Positions 1-12,621 of a DNA stretch of 64,000 nt are shown here, one piece after another (position 1 is the first letter of the stretch; every line of letters begins with the position of its first letter). The translations under genes and the position numbers were made by a program. This DNA is from the human T2T-CHM13v2.0 reference genome, Homo sapiens. The notes under the pieces are model-generated. The model was given only the letters and a program-made list of their open reading frames with translations. It did not search any database and was not told the DNA's origin. The stretch lies in the NCBI RefSeq assembly GCF_009914755.1, contig NC_060928.1; one strand, given 5' to 3'.

Positions 1-166
1 CTCCAGAGTAGCTGGGATTGCAGGCATATGCCACCCCGCCCAGCTAATTTTTTGTATTTTTAGTAGAGACAGGGTTTCACCATGTTAGTCAGGATGGTCT
101 CGATCTCCTGACCTCGTGATCTGCCCCCCTTGGCCTCCCAAAGTGCTGGGATTACAGGTGTAAGCC
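1..166 (-). mobile_element. Alu (AluS/Y-like), cut by the window start
   Basis: Antisense Alu motifs gtagctgggattgcagg, ttttagtagagacagggtttcaccatgtt, ggcctcccaaagtgctgggattacagg. Confidence 0.95.
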
Positions 167-322
167 TGATTGCAGCTTCTAGTAGTTCAAAACTTCCTTA
201 TGGTCATAAACAAGGCAGAGGCTGAGTAACTATTTTTCCTACCATAGAATGTCATGTAACCATTAAAAAGAATGGGGGAAGACTGCATCAAAGTAGCATA
301 AAAGGATGCTGAACCCATATTT

Positions 323-323
<1 letters not shown>

Positions 324-369
<46 letters not shown>

Positions 370-422
370 TTTTGAGATGGGGTTTCACTCTTGTTGCCCA
401 GGCTGGAGTGCAATGGCCCGGT
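324..422 (-). mobile_element. Severely 5'-truncated Alu with (TTTA)n tail and 14-bp TSD
   Basis: About 48 bp of Alu 3' end (374-421) plus a TTTA tail, flanked by tgaacccatatttt at 310-323 and 423-436. Confidence 0.9.
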
Positions 423-1412
423 TGAACCCATATTTTGAAAGACAAAAGTAAGTTGTATAATAATCTATATAAAGGGATCCCATTTATATAAAAAAGACCT
501 TCATATACCTCTGTGAATAGTATACATGTATCTTTACATATTAAACATGTTTCTCTCTGTATATGCATAAATATGTGCATATAAATCTACATAGAATAGA
601 AAACTAATCCCAAATTGTCACCAATGGTTACCACTGAAGAGCAGTAATATGGAGTAATGATAAGGAACTTGAATGTTTTATTTCAAATATATCTGTAGTG
701 TATGAATTGTTTACAACAAATGATATCATCTATTTTTCTATTAGATTAAAAGGAAAGGAAAAAATCAATATGGTGGGTCTTGTTTTTTAAAGTATACTCA
801 GGTGGTAGAAACAAGTAACTTCTTTTATAATACAAAGGAGGATGTGTTTTGTTTATAGATTCTGGGTGAAATTACAAAAGACAATTCATTTGGAAGACAG
901 AAAGAAGCCCATAAGCTAAAATAAAAAGTAAATCTTTTACGGTAGTTGGCTCTTATTTTACTCACATACTCCAAACTAATCCAAATACTTATCAACAACC
1001 AGGAAAAGAATATCTACTTCCCATAGCTACTAGAAAGGAAAGATAACTCTCTCTTTCAAGGGCCACAAGTTTGTGCTTTTGGGTGCTCCTAAAGTCCATC
1101 AAGCCTGTACACTGCATTCTAGGAAAGTCAGGGCATATTGTTACATACTCATACAAAGAAAATGCATGTGGTATTTCAGGGTAGTTCTTACCTTCCTAAG
1201 TAGAGTTCTTACACATGTGTAAGAGAGATAGCTACTGAGAAAGGGAGAGTGGGAATGTGAAGAGATGCGTAACATGCAACTTAGTAGGAATTTTGATCTG
1301 TTTCGTGTTTCTCTGGGTTGGGCACAGCTTGACAGGCTTATATGTGGATCACCACATACCCTCACTTCCCCTTTCCCTATCTCTTCCTCCTTTCTGGCTT
1401 TGAGGGATAGGA

Positions 1413-1418
1413 TATAAA
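1413..1418 (+). promoter_or_regulatory. TATA box of the PPBP-like pseudogene
   Basis: TATAAA about 30 nt upstream of a PPBP-like 5'UTR (acttgtctgcagacttgtaggcagc). Confidence 0.6.
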
Positions 1419-1530
1419 TGACATCTTCAAAGCATGAGAAGCCACTTGTCTGCAGACTTGTAGGCAGCAGCTCACCCTCATGTGCAAGTCTTCTGGCTCT
1501 GGAAACAACTCTAGCTCAGTCTTCTCCACC

Positions 1531-2503
1531 ATGAGCCTCAGACTCAAAGCCACCCCTTCCTGTAACAGTGCCAGACCATTTCATGCCCTGCAGGTGTTGC
1601 TGCTTCTGTCACTGCTGCTGACCGCTCTGCCTTCCTGCACCAATGGGCAAAGCAAGAGAAACTTAGGGAAAAGCAAAGGTAGAGACCTGCTGCCTGCACC
1701 TGTTGCTGCTTCTGCTATACCTGTGTCTGGGAGAAAGACTAGCTGGTGCCCCTGGGTCTGGAGAGTGCCATTATACTAACAACTCCAATTGGAGGGGGCA
1801 CACAGAGGGGGCACTTCACATGTGCTGAGCATTCTGCTGGGCACTTTACTAAAGCTTTACAGATCATATTCACAATGGCCTTATGAGAGAGGTACAACTA
1901 CTGTCAATTTACAAATAAGGAATTGAGCTAAATAGTCATGGCCACTAATAAATCACATTTTCTACTCCACCTGAATGTGTAGACAGTGACTTGTACATTG
2001 AACTGTGCTGCGTGTGTGTGAAGTCAGCCTCTGGAATTCATCCCAACAACATCATCCCAAACATCCACATTTATTTGCTGTTAATTATCATGGGCATGTC
2101 TAGTCTAACAGTAGAGTAGAGCAAGAAAAATCAATTAAAATGTATTTGGAAGTAGATTCTCAAATAAAGAGGGCAAAGCATTGTGCAATGGTCAGCCAGG
2201 AATTAGGGCTAACCTAGGATGGATCACCAGCACTCATCATTTGGAAGTGGTCAGGTCAGGAGCCCCTTGCAACAAAGTCCAAGTGATGTAAGTCCCTGCT
2301 TCTGTGTCATTGCTTCATCAGGAAAGCCCTACACCTTCACCTCCTTCCCCATCTGTATTGTTTTCTGTTTCTCAACAGATAATTCTGTTGTCTCTTACAG
2401 AGCCATGCTGAAAGATGGGAGGAAAATGTACCTGGACCCAGAAGCTCCCAGAATCAAGAAGATAGTCCAGAAAATGTTGGAAGGTGATGGGTCAGGTGCT
2501 TAA
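1531..2503 (+). pseudogene. PPBPP1: Unprocessed pro-platelet basic protein (CXCL7) pseudogene; exons 1531-1678, ~1971-2287 (interrupted), 2401-2503
   Basis: Exon 1 reads MSLRLKATPSCNSARPFHALQVLLLLSLLLTALPSCTNGQSKRNLGKSK then GT. Exon 2 reads DSDLYIELCCVCVKSASGIHPNNI...LEVVRSGAPCNKVQV, with acceptor CAG>CAC (1968-1970), ELR>ELC and a ~185-nt insertion. Exon 3 reads AMLKDGRKMYLDPEAPRIKKIVQKMLEGDGSGA* with Cys4>Tyr. It lies just upstream of PF4V1. Confidence 0.9.
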
Positions 2504-4076
2504 TCTGTTCACTTTCTGCCAAACCTGTTTACCTCCCAGGAAGGGCAGGATTTTAAAGCCTTGACTTTTTTGAATTCTTATTTTATCCAAGATACCTACT
2601 CTTACTGTATTAAAATCCAGGTATGTTTCCATTCTCTCTCAAAAATCACATTTTATTCTGAGAAGGCTAGTTAAAAGATGACAGAAAGAAGATGAAAATA
2701 AGCAAGCCTAGTTTCAACATAGTACATGGTTTACTCTCTAATTCCTGGCTAACCATTGCACAGTGCTTTGCTCTCTTTATTTGAGAATCTCCTTCCAAAC
2801 ATATTTTTGTTGATTTTTCTTGCTCAGTTTTACTGTTAGACTAGACATGCCCATGATAATTAACAGATTTTATAATGGTCAATGATATAAGAACTCACAC
2901 AGAGCCCAGCATAGAATATTTGGTCAATAAATTTTTGTTAAACTCTTTAGGGATATAATAGAGCTTTCCAATGTGCTAGGATGTCTTGTTTACAACATTC
3001 TCTGAAAGATTTTCTAATGTTTATTTTAGCCTTCCAATGCTGAAAATAGTAAAGTTGTTGAATGTTCAGTTTTGTAAGTTGTGATTATTTACTTTAAAGT
3101 GAACATATTTGTCACTAGCAGAGTAACAATATATAACAAAAACATATCCAGATATTCTATAAAGAAAACTATGGTATTTTCTGGAACAACAAAAAAAGAA
3201 AGTTGAAAGAAATTTAAAATCTTGCCCCTACATTAGATTACTTAGTAGGTGACAGAGTGGGGATTTGAAACTCTGCTCTTAATACTGCACCACACCACTT
3301 TTCTTAACTCTGCTTCCTCGAATGAGGAGATTACATTACATATAACATAGTATTATTGGCACACAAAATAGGATTTATTGCATAGATAACATACTGTATA
3401 CTATAATGATTATAGGAGAAGAAATAATTTCACCTATTCCAACTTGTACGTGGACTTTGGGGAGGTACTCATGTACTAAGCATGTAGTTTACAACTTTTG
3501 TGCTATTAAGGAATGCTCTTATTATCTCCTCACCATCATAGGCTCAATACCTTAAAGTGTTTTGTCTATAAAATAAATGTATATATTAAATAATAGCCAA
3601 AACGATACATAAATAAACACGTAATAAAGCAGTAAATGCAAATTGCAATTCTTCTCCTTAGTTTTTTTTCTCAATTATTCAAAGTAGCTCAAGCATCTCA
3701 CTCATATCTGTAGTGTTTTACCACTGAAACTTGTCAACGCCAGCTCCTGAGACATAACACAGTGTTGGCACTACATTTATTCTTCATGAGATGCAGGTAT
3801 CTCTTATTTTTGTGTGAAGTTATTGAGTTATTCTATTTAGATGCAGAGAAAGGGTAGTTTAGTTGCCACTCGCTGCTGCCTGAATTCCTGTATGCTGCCA
3901 ATATTGAAATCTCCGGGTAAGATTGTACAGACCTACTATGTTGCCCATTGAAATGTAAAACCATCCCTTTTATTTATTCTCTCCGCTGTTAACTTCAGTT
4001 TCAGTTCCATGGAAATGTATGAATTACAATATGTTCTGCCACAGCCATTGAGTTGTACACCAGATGTTTAAAAATA

Positions 4077-5269
4077 CAGTCAAACATTGCTTAACGATGG
4101 GGATAAGCTCTGGGAAATGCATCACTAGGCAATTGTTTTCATTGTGTAAACATCATAGAGTGTACTTACAAAAACCTAGTATAGCCTACTACACACCTAG
4201 GCCATATGTTATGGCCTATTGCTCCTAAGCTACAAACCTGTACAGTATGCTACTGTATTGAATACTGTAGGCAAATGTAACACAATGATAAGTATTTGTG
4301 TGCCTAAATATATTTAAACATAGAAAAGGTACAGTAGAAGTATGCTCAAATAGAAAATGGTAAACCTGTAGAGAGCACTTGCCATGAATGGAGCTTGCAG
4401 GACTGGAAGTTGCTCTAGGTGAGTCAGTGAGTGAGTGATCAGCGAATGTGAAGGCCCAGGACATTACAGTCCGATCCTGCAGGCTGTATAAACACTGTAC
4501 ACTTAGGCTACACTAAGTTTCTAAAAAATATTTTTCTTTATTCAATATAAATTAACCTTAGCTTACTGTAACATTTTTATTTTATAAATGTGTTAATTTT
4601 CTAAACTTTTTCACTTTCATAATAATACTTCACATAGAATACAAACACACTGTACAGCTATATAAATATATTTTTTCTTTTCTATTCTCATTCTATAAGC
4701 TTTTTAATTTTTAATTTTTTCACCTTTTAAATTTTTTTATTGAAAACTAAGACTCCAACATAAAAATTTGCCTATACAAGGTCAGAATCATCAATCACTT
4801 TCTTCCACATTCATTTCTTATCTCATGGGCAATAAGACATATGGAGTGGTCATCTTCTAAAATAACAATGTCTTTTTCTGGAATATTTTCTGAAGGGCCT
4901 TCCAGAGGCTGATTCATAGTTAACTCTTCTTCCATTAGCAGGAGAAGGAGTTCACTCTAAAATAATGATTAAAGAGTATAATATAGTAAATACACAAACC
5001 AGAAACAGTGTTGTTTATTATAATTATCAATTTTTATGTACTGTACATACTTGTATGTCATATACTTTTATGCAACTGGAAGCACAGTAAGTTTGTTTAC
5101 ACCAGCATTACCACAAACACATGAATAATACATTGGCTTGCTATGATTTTACAACAGCTATGGTATCACAAGGCAATAGGAATTTTTTAGCTCCACTATA
5201 GTCTTATGGGATCATCATCACTTATACAGTCTATTACTGCCCAAAACGTTGTTATGTGGTGGGTGACTG
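4077..5269 (-). mobile_element. Tigger3b-like (Golem, TcMar-Tigger) non-autonomous DNA transposon
   Basis: TA-cagtc left end and gactg right end (degenerate TIRs), ~1.2 kb long; internal motifs such as tatagcctactacacacctagg and aagtttgtttacaccagcat match the recalled Tigger3 consensus. Confidence 0.85.
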
Positions 5270-5592
5270 CACATAAGTCACAGAGAATTGCTATTGAAGA
5301 GATCACTATCTTGTGGGAGAGGCAGACAAGTGGACAAATAATTTTGACCATATGTGACACGTGTCAATATAGATGTATGTTCCAATTATATGCTCTAATT
5401 GCTCCAATTGAATAGACATAGGAACACGTCAAAGCCTCATCATCATCATTTTCAACACATTATCTTCACTACTGTAGCTACTTTGCACTGAGTCCCTACC
5501 AGTACATTGAAATAGTGATAAACGTTATGATATCTAATGTCACAGTGTTTTCCATTTAAGAAACAAAACAATTTTAAACACTTTTAAATACA

Positions 5593-5656
5593 CAGATACA
5601 CATACACACACATATATATATATATATCTACAATATATGTGTGTGTATGTTTGTGT
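5593..5656. repeat. (CA)/(TA)/(TG) compound microsatellite
   Basis: Dinucleotide runs read directly. Confidence 0.8.
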
Positions 5657-6870
5657 ATTCTGTGAGAAATAGGAAGAACAGAGTTCTGCAAGATAGAACA
5701 ACAAGGGAACACAATTATATATAGCTGTCAGGGAAGGCACACCTGAGGAAGTGATATTTAAGCTGACACCAGAAATATGAATAGGTCTTAGCCAGCTGAA
5801 TAGGCAGGTGTAGGGAGAGTAGGAGAAAGAATTGCATATTCCTACAAAAATGCAGGTTTGCTGAGCATTAGAATATCAGCTAGTTCCATCCAGTGGGTCC
5901 CTGACACCCTTCACCACTGTTAGTCAGAGTGACAGGGAACCTTGGGCTTTGGGTTGAGGGTGTACCTTGCCCTGATCAAGAGCCAAAGTCATTCTTTTTT
6001 AGAGAAGAGAAAACGGTCGATATGGATCTCTTCCCCTTTCCCGTGTGGAATTCTGTTGCATCCCCTTCACTGTCACCTCCCATCATTCTCACACCCAACT
6101 CCCAGATGCCCTGAATCCTCCCACAGAGAGCATCACTGCTCCCTGCCAACAGTGCAGCCCATCTCACCCTGTCACTGGCAGTGACTGAGGACACAGCAGG
6201 CTCTGGAAGACATGGCCTGGCAAACTCTCCTTGTCCTCTCTTCTGGACTATTATTCAGGATTGAAACAATGAAGAAACATCCAGGAGCTAAGTTTTTATA
6301 AAAATAATGCATTCAAATATTACTTCTGCAATTTTTCTAAGAGTAACGGGAAATAGATCTTGCATCCTACAGTATACTGGGTGATTGTTGGTGGAGCCTG
6401 GTAAATCTCATCCAGAGACTAGGGAAGTTTTCCACATTCAGGTGAAATTCAGAAGAGTCATCACCTAGAGACCAAATTAAACTTATTAGTATTAGAAAAC
6501 AATTGCAAATAGCACACTCTTCAAACACACAGCCATCAAACTCAATGGTAATCAAGACTGAAGTTAGGAGCATATGGGCAGTTCTTGAGTTGAGAAGGAA
6601 ACAAGAACTGTCTGGGTCCTGAAGCCACCTGCTGTGTAAGTTGCTTGGTGACTACAGAGAACTCTACTATGATACAACACAGAAAATATTTCTCTTCTAA
6701 GATGCAAGTAGTGTTTCTAACTCCACAAATGTAAGTGTATATAAACTGAGGTTGGAGGTATGCATCTTTGTACCACCTCCTAGCCAAGGCAGGTGCCCCC
6801 AGCCTTTTGTTTTGTAATCTTGGCTGGCCAGAGTCTGAGTCTTCATAGCAGTGTCTTAGCTCCTGCACCA

Positions 6871-6937
6871 CAGTTCCTCGCTGTCCACACCAGGCTTCCG
6901 GACTGGAAGGACAGTGGGACAGTGACGGGGGATAAAA
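6871..6937 (+). promoter_or_regulatory. PF4V1 proximal promoter with GATAAAA in the TATA position and upstream ETS-like cores
   Basis: GATAAAA at 6931-6937, agttcct at ~6872 and cttccg at ~6895. A GATA motif replacing TATA is known for PF4-type megakaryocyte promoters. Confidence 0.6.
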
Positions 6938-7027
6938 GAAGCCTGGTGAGGCCAGGAGTCACTGCCTGCAGAACCCCAGCCCGACTTTCCCTGCGCACTG
7001 GGATCCTGCTGGAACCTCAGCTGCAAC

Positions 7028-7787
7028 ATGAGCTCCGCAGCCAGGTCCCGCCTCACCCGCGCCACCCGCCAGGAGATGCTGTTCTTGGCGTTGCTGCTCC
7101 TGCCAGTTGTGGTCGCCTTCGCCAGAGGTGAGAGCAGAAACCAGGCTGGGAGGGCCAGCAGCGGCGAGGGGGAGTCCGGGAAGCCCTGGGGCTGGGGAGG
7201 AATCCTCTAGGATCATGATCGCAGCTGCTCTTATTGCGCGCGTGCTGAGTCTGCGGGTACAGTGCCAGGCACTGCACGTGCACCTCGCCACCTGATCAGC
7301 ACAACCTCTGTCTGAGAGAGGTCTGATTTACGGCTAAGGAAAAGAAAGCTGAAGGTAGTGGAAAAGGTCCCTAAAGTATCTCTGGCTACTCAGGGAGTCA
7401 CAACTCCCACCCCTCCTCCTCTCTTACTCCCTCCCTTTCCCCCTCAGCTGAAGCTGAAGAAGATGGGGACCTGCAGTGCCTGTGTGTGAAGACCACCTCC
7501 CAGGTCCGTCCCAGGCACATCACCAGCCTGGAGGTGATCAAGGCCGGACCCCACTGCCCCACTGCCCAACTCATGTGAGTCCTCGCACTGCATCAGTTAG
7601 TGCTCCCGCTCCGTGCCTCCTCTGCCCATCCCTCCCCCTTCTAATGCCATTTGCAAACCCAAGGACTGAAAGTCACGTCTCTTCTCTTTTCCCTGCCAGA
7701 GCCACGCTGAAGAATGGGAGGAAAATTTGCTTGGATCTGCAAGCCCTGCTGTACAAGAAAATCATTAAGGAACATTTGGAGAGTTAG
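7028..7787 (+). CDS. PF4V1: Platelet factor 4 variant 1 (CXCL4L1), 104 aa; exons 7028-7127, 7448-7574, 7700-7787
   Basis: GT-AG introns; 100+127+88=315 nt. Translation [104 protein letters not shown]; the C-terminus [16 protein letters not shown] distinguishes it from PF4. Confidence 0.98.
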
Positions 7788-7874
7788 CTACTAGCTGCCT
7801 AAGTGTGCACTTTCAATCTAACTGTGAAAGAATCTTCTGATGTTTGTATTATCCTTCTTATATTATATTAACAA

Positions 7875-7880
7875 AATAAA
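7875..7880 (+). terminator. PF4V1 polyadenylation signal (alternatives at 8007-8012 and 8121-8126)
   Basis: AATAAA hexamers downstream of the stop codon. Confidence 0.6.
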
Positions 7881-8332
7881 TCAAGTTGTGGTATAGTCAA
7901 TCTATTTCTTAATAATACTGCAAAAATAATGCTGACACATCACAATTTCATATTTTAAAATTTCCAGAATTTTAAGCAAAAAGCATTATGAAGGAAGGCT
8001 TGGTTTAATAAAGACTGATTTTGTTCAGTGTTATATGTTAGCTGATACATATTTGTTCATTTATGTGATTGCAGTACTTTATAGCTACATATTTACCTTG
8101 AATGTTACAATTAGCTTGCCAATAAATATTAGTAGCTCTTAAGCATTACTCGACAGCTTTTTTTTTTTCAATGAAGTAAATAAGCAACACTCTGCTTTTA
8201 TCCCCACAAATTCCTTAACATTGGTGATATTAAGATTCTGGGAACTAAGAGAAGTGTGAGGTAATATTTTCATTCATCCTTTAGGAAGACATTGCTCTAC
8301 ACTGGGGAGAAATGAAGGTGTTATAATGTGGG

Positions 8333-8723
8333 CATATTAGTTTCCTGTTGCTTCTGTAAGAAATTACCACAAACTCAGTGGCTTAACCAACACAAATTTA
8401 TCGTCTTGTAATTCTAGGGGTCTCAAGTCCAAAGTAAGTCTTAAAGGTTAAACTCAAGCTGTCCTCAGAGCTGTATTCCTTCTGAAGGCTCTAGAAGAGA
8501 ATCTACTTCCTCTCCTTTTTCACCAGCATTCCTTGCCTCATAGCCCTTTCTCCAGTCTTCAACCTGCATCACACCAACCTCTACTTCTCCTCTGTCTCTG
8601 CTGACTCTTCTACCTTTTATATCCGGCTTACCTCTCATAAGGAGGCGTGTGAATACATTGGGCTCACTTGGATAATTCAGAAACGCTTTCCAACTCAAGT
8701 TCTCTAATACATCTGCAAAGATA

Positions 8724-8754
<31 letters not shown>

Positions 8755-8841
8755 TTTGCCATGTTAAGCAACACATTCATAGTGTCCAGAGAGTAGAACA
8801 CAAGGATCTCAGGGGTGGGGGGCATTATTCAGCCTACCACC
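8333..8841 (-). mobile_element. MLT1-type MaLR solo LTR with internal (TA)n
   Basis: tattagtttcctgttgct...aaattaccacaaactcagtggctta...ggcattattcagcctaccac. Confidence 0.8.
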
Positions 8842-9599
8842 ATGGACCAGAAGGCAAGACCTACTTGAGGCAGGAGAAAGCTACAGACCCTTGTTCATGA
8901 GCTAGTGCAATTTTAACCTAATGTGACAATGTGTACAGATAGGATTAAGATCTATGATAAAATACAGATGGTACAGTTCAATCTCTGTGGTGGGCTGGAA
9001 GGGAGGGAGGTACCTAGGATGACAAATTGATTAAAATAAACAAAATTTACAGAGACTTGTGAATATCATCTAAAATTTCCACATCCACATTGCAAATTAG
9101 TATTATTCCTATTATAGAGATGAGGTGACAGTCTTGGGAAGGACGCAGCTTGTTCAGAGGCTGAGCAGATCATTCTGACTCCCTACTTCCTGCTCTTGCT
9201 TTCACATTGTGCTGTCTTTCACACAGGAAAGTGGCATGTTAGCGAATTCCATGAACTAGCTGTTGAAGGTGGAGTAGGAATTTGTTGGCGGGGGGGGCAG
9301 GCGGGCAATGGGAAGACTGGAACTGCCTCAAGATAAATAACAAGTAGAAAGACACAAGATCATTTTAAGTCATTTGCATGTTTGTACAACAGTTCATAGC
9401 ACTGCAGGGTTGGAGTATCTATGGGGAGAGAGAATGAACAAGGGTCTCCCAACCAGTTTTTGCCCACTTAGTGTTTTTTATCTTCAGTATAACTTAATGT
9501 ACTACCACCCAAACTATCTTTCCAAAACCCAAATATTTCATTTCCCTGAATAAAATATTCAAGATCCGAAGTCCTTAACCTGGCATCCCAGGCTGCGCT

Positions 9600-9770
9600 A
9601 CACTCACTTTCCCTCTGTGCCTTAGTTTTCATATGTGTGAAATGAGGACATTATGAGTGTCTAACTTTATGGATTGATTATCTTAAGGACTAAACAGAGG
9701 ATGCATGCAAAACATTTGGCACAGTTCCTTATATACAGTCTGAGCTTAAAAATTAACAACGATTAATTGT
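9600..9770 (+). mobile_element. MIR remnant
   Basis: MIR core ctctgtgccttagttttcatatgtgtgaaatgagg. Confidence 0.6.
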
Positions 9771-9849
9771 ATTATAGTATTATATTACCGGTATCAATAT
9801 TTCTCTTAATGTACCATTCCAGTTAGTCTGGAGTGTTGAGTAAGAATTT

Positions 9850-10098
9850 TTTATTTTTTATTTTTTTGTAAGACAGTGTCTCACTCTGTTGTCCAGCAAC
9901 CTCTGCCACCCAGGTTCAAGTGATTCTCATGCCTCAGCCTCCTGTGTAGCTGGGATTATAGGCAAGTGCCACCAAGCCCAGCTAATTTTTCTATTTTTAG
10001 TAGAGACAGGTTGGTCTCAAACTCCTGGCCTCAAGTGATCCACCGGCCTCAGCCTCCCAAAGTGCTTGGATTACAAGCATGAGCCACTGCGCCTGGCC
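9850..10098 (-). mobile_element. Alu with two internal deletions
   Basis: Antisense Alu; TSD-like gagtaa(g)gaattt at ~9838 and ~10100. Confidence 0.9.
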
Positions 10099-10621
10099 TG
10101 AGTAAGGAATTTAACAGAGGGTTGTTTTTTTTTTTGTAATAGGTAGCAAAAAAAATTGCAATAGCAATGAAATTGCTCAAAACAAATGAACTTTGAAGGA
10201 GAAAATACTGGAAATCAGATGTGTGTGGTGTGATTTTGTTTTTGCTGCTTTCCTTTTTGTTGCCTGTCTCAAACAGCATACTTAGCTTTATTTAATAATT
10301 TGTTGATGTGACTTTTAAAGGGTCAAAAGAGCAAAACAAATTTTGCCAAGTCAAACAATCCTGGAATGCTGGTGCCTCATACATTCTTGCTTCAGAATGA
10401 CTTTGGTCTAACTGTCCTGAGAACACTTTTGAGTCATGTATTAATCTGTTTTGCATTGCTATAATGGAATACCTGAGGTAATTTATTAAATTAAAAAAAA
10501 GAAGCTTATTTGGCTCACAGTTCTGCAGTCTGTACAAGCATGACACCAATGTCTGCTCAGCTTCTGGTGAGGCCTCAGGAAGCTTTTACTCATGGTGGAA
10601 GGCAAAGGGGGAGCAGGCATT

Positions 10622-11201
10622 TGTGATGGTTAATACTGAGTGTCAACTTGATTGGATTGAAGGATACAAAGTATTGATTCTTCACATGTCTGTGAGGGTG
10701 TGGCCAAGGAAGATTAACATTTGAATCAGTGGGCTGGGAAAGGTAGACCCACTCTTAATCTTGGTGGGCACAATCTAATCAGCTGCCAGTGCGGCTAGTA
10801 TATAAGCAGGCAAAAAAAATGTGAAAAGAGAAACTGGCCTAGCCTCCCAGCCCACATCTTCCTCCCATGCTGGATGCCTCCTGCCCTCAAATATTGGACC
10901 CCAAGTCCTTCAGTTTGGGGGCTCGGACTGCCTCTCCTTCCTCCTCAGCTTGCAGACAGCCTATTGTGGGACCTTGTGATCGTGTGAGTTAATACTTAAT
11001 AAACTCCCCTGTGTATATATATGTATATATTTTTTCCAGCCCAGCTGGAAAGTTAAATCTTCTGGACTACAATGTTCCTTTAATCTCAGTCTCCATCCCT
11101 GACCTGGGGTTGGAGTCTCGAGGAAAACCATGAACAACAGCTTCTGTGGTAAAGATGCCACACCAAATCGGATGTTGTCTGGATTGTTGAATATATATGG
11201 A

Positions 11202-11236
<35 letters not shown>

Positions 11237-11291
11237 CACACACACACATATTCCATTAGTTCTATCCCTCTAGAGAGCCCTGACTAATACA
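10622..11291 (+). mobile_element. MLT2A (HERV-L) solo LTR nested in the MST LTR
   Basis: Starts tgtgatggttaatactgagtgtcaacttgattggattgaagg and ends gagccctgactaataca. Confidence 0.88.
11039..11190 (+). repeat. 152-bp direct-repeat copy of 12622-12773
   Basis: Ungapped manual alignment gives 13 mismatches in 152 nt. Confidence 0.95.
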
Positions 11292-12621
11292 GTGTGTCAC
11301 ATAGTGAGAGAAAGGGAGCAAGAGAGAAGGAAGTGCCCGATTCCTTTAAATAGCCAGTTTTGTGAAGTAACAGAGTGAGAACTCATTCATTACCGTGTGG
11401 AGGGCACCAAGCCATGCATGAGAAATCTTCTCCCATGACCCAAACACCTCCCACTAGGCTCCACTTCCAACACTGGGGGCCACGTTTCAACATGAGATCT
11501 GGAGGGAACGCACATCCAAACTGTATTAAGTTACTGCCTTTATCTGCATGGGCATGGGGAGAGGGCTTTGCTCCTTGGAAAATCCCAAGCGACACAGCAA
11601 CTCCCTGTTGTTGTTTCAACATTCATGGAGTAATAAAGATTCAGTGCACTTAAACTCCCCTCTAGATGGAGGCAGTCAGCATAAAATGTCCACAAATTAG
11701 GGACTTACCACATAGTCATGGTGTCTATCAATGAAACAAAACCATCAAAGGACATTTTGACCTTGCAAGTTGTTCTGTATTTTTATTATTGCTTTTTTTC
11801 CTTCTAAGACCTTTGTGGTAAAATAAGTTCCTCTGTAATGCATAGGATATTGAAGACTTCTTTGTTTTTAAATACATATTCATATTTTTCTCATTGTAAA
11901 AGACAATGCATCTTCACTCTAAGTAACAGAAAACAGAGGCAAAAGAATAGAAACTATTTTTTAAAACTTGTAATTTTGCCACTCAATGTTCTTTTTCTTT
12001 TTGGACATATTATCATTTGACATGGTTATAAGTTGAACTGCTAATTTTCAATACAATATCAATTATTTGTACACAATCATAAAGAAAACACTTAGTAATT
12101 ACTTAAGTGCATTGCAAGCACTTAGGGAGCATTCCTGTCCCAATTTTACAAATAGGAAACCAAGTCCAGGGTAATAGAATTAGTTTTCTTTGGCCAGAGA
12201 ATGAATAGCTAACCTATGTGATCCAGCATTCACTTATACATATATGTAGATCCTATGATTCTTATATTCATTGTGTGTATATGTATGTGTGTATGAATGT
12301 ATGTACATATTTCCACACATACAGATACATACACACTCACACAAACATAAAACAAGTTCATAATGCAATACTTATATTTGCTTTGTACTGTGTGTCCTCA
12401 TATTTTGTGTTCTATTCTACTCTATCCTACCACATTCCATTTTTTAAAAGATGTTGGCCACACCACTATAAAGTGATTTCATAACCTACTGATGTACCAT
12501 GACGTGTAGTTTAAAAACACTCCTCCAGTTCTTTGATTAAAGAGTTAAGTTGTGACGGTCTATATTGGATTCCACACTCCAGATAAAATGCTTGAAGAGC
12601 CATTAGGGGCAGGATACTAAG

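Larger units (their letters stand above)
10438..11525 (-). mobile_element. MST-type MaLR LTR split by an MLT2A insertion
   Basis: tgtattaatctgttttgcattgctata...gagcaggcat (10438-10621) resumes at gtgtgtcacatagtgagag...cacatccaaactgtat (11292-11525). Confidence 0.8.

Noticed and set aside
6793-7295. Overlapping ORFs around PF4V1 exon 1
   Set aside because: Alternative frames of a GC-rich exon; the spliced PF4V1 model explains the region.
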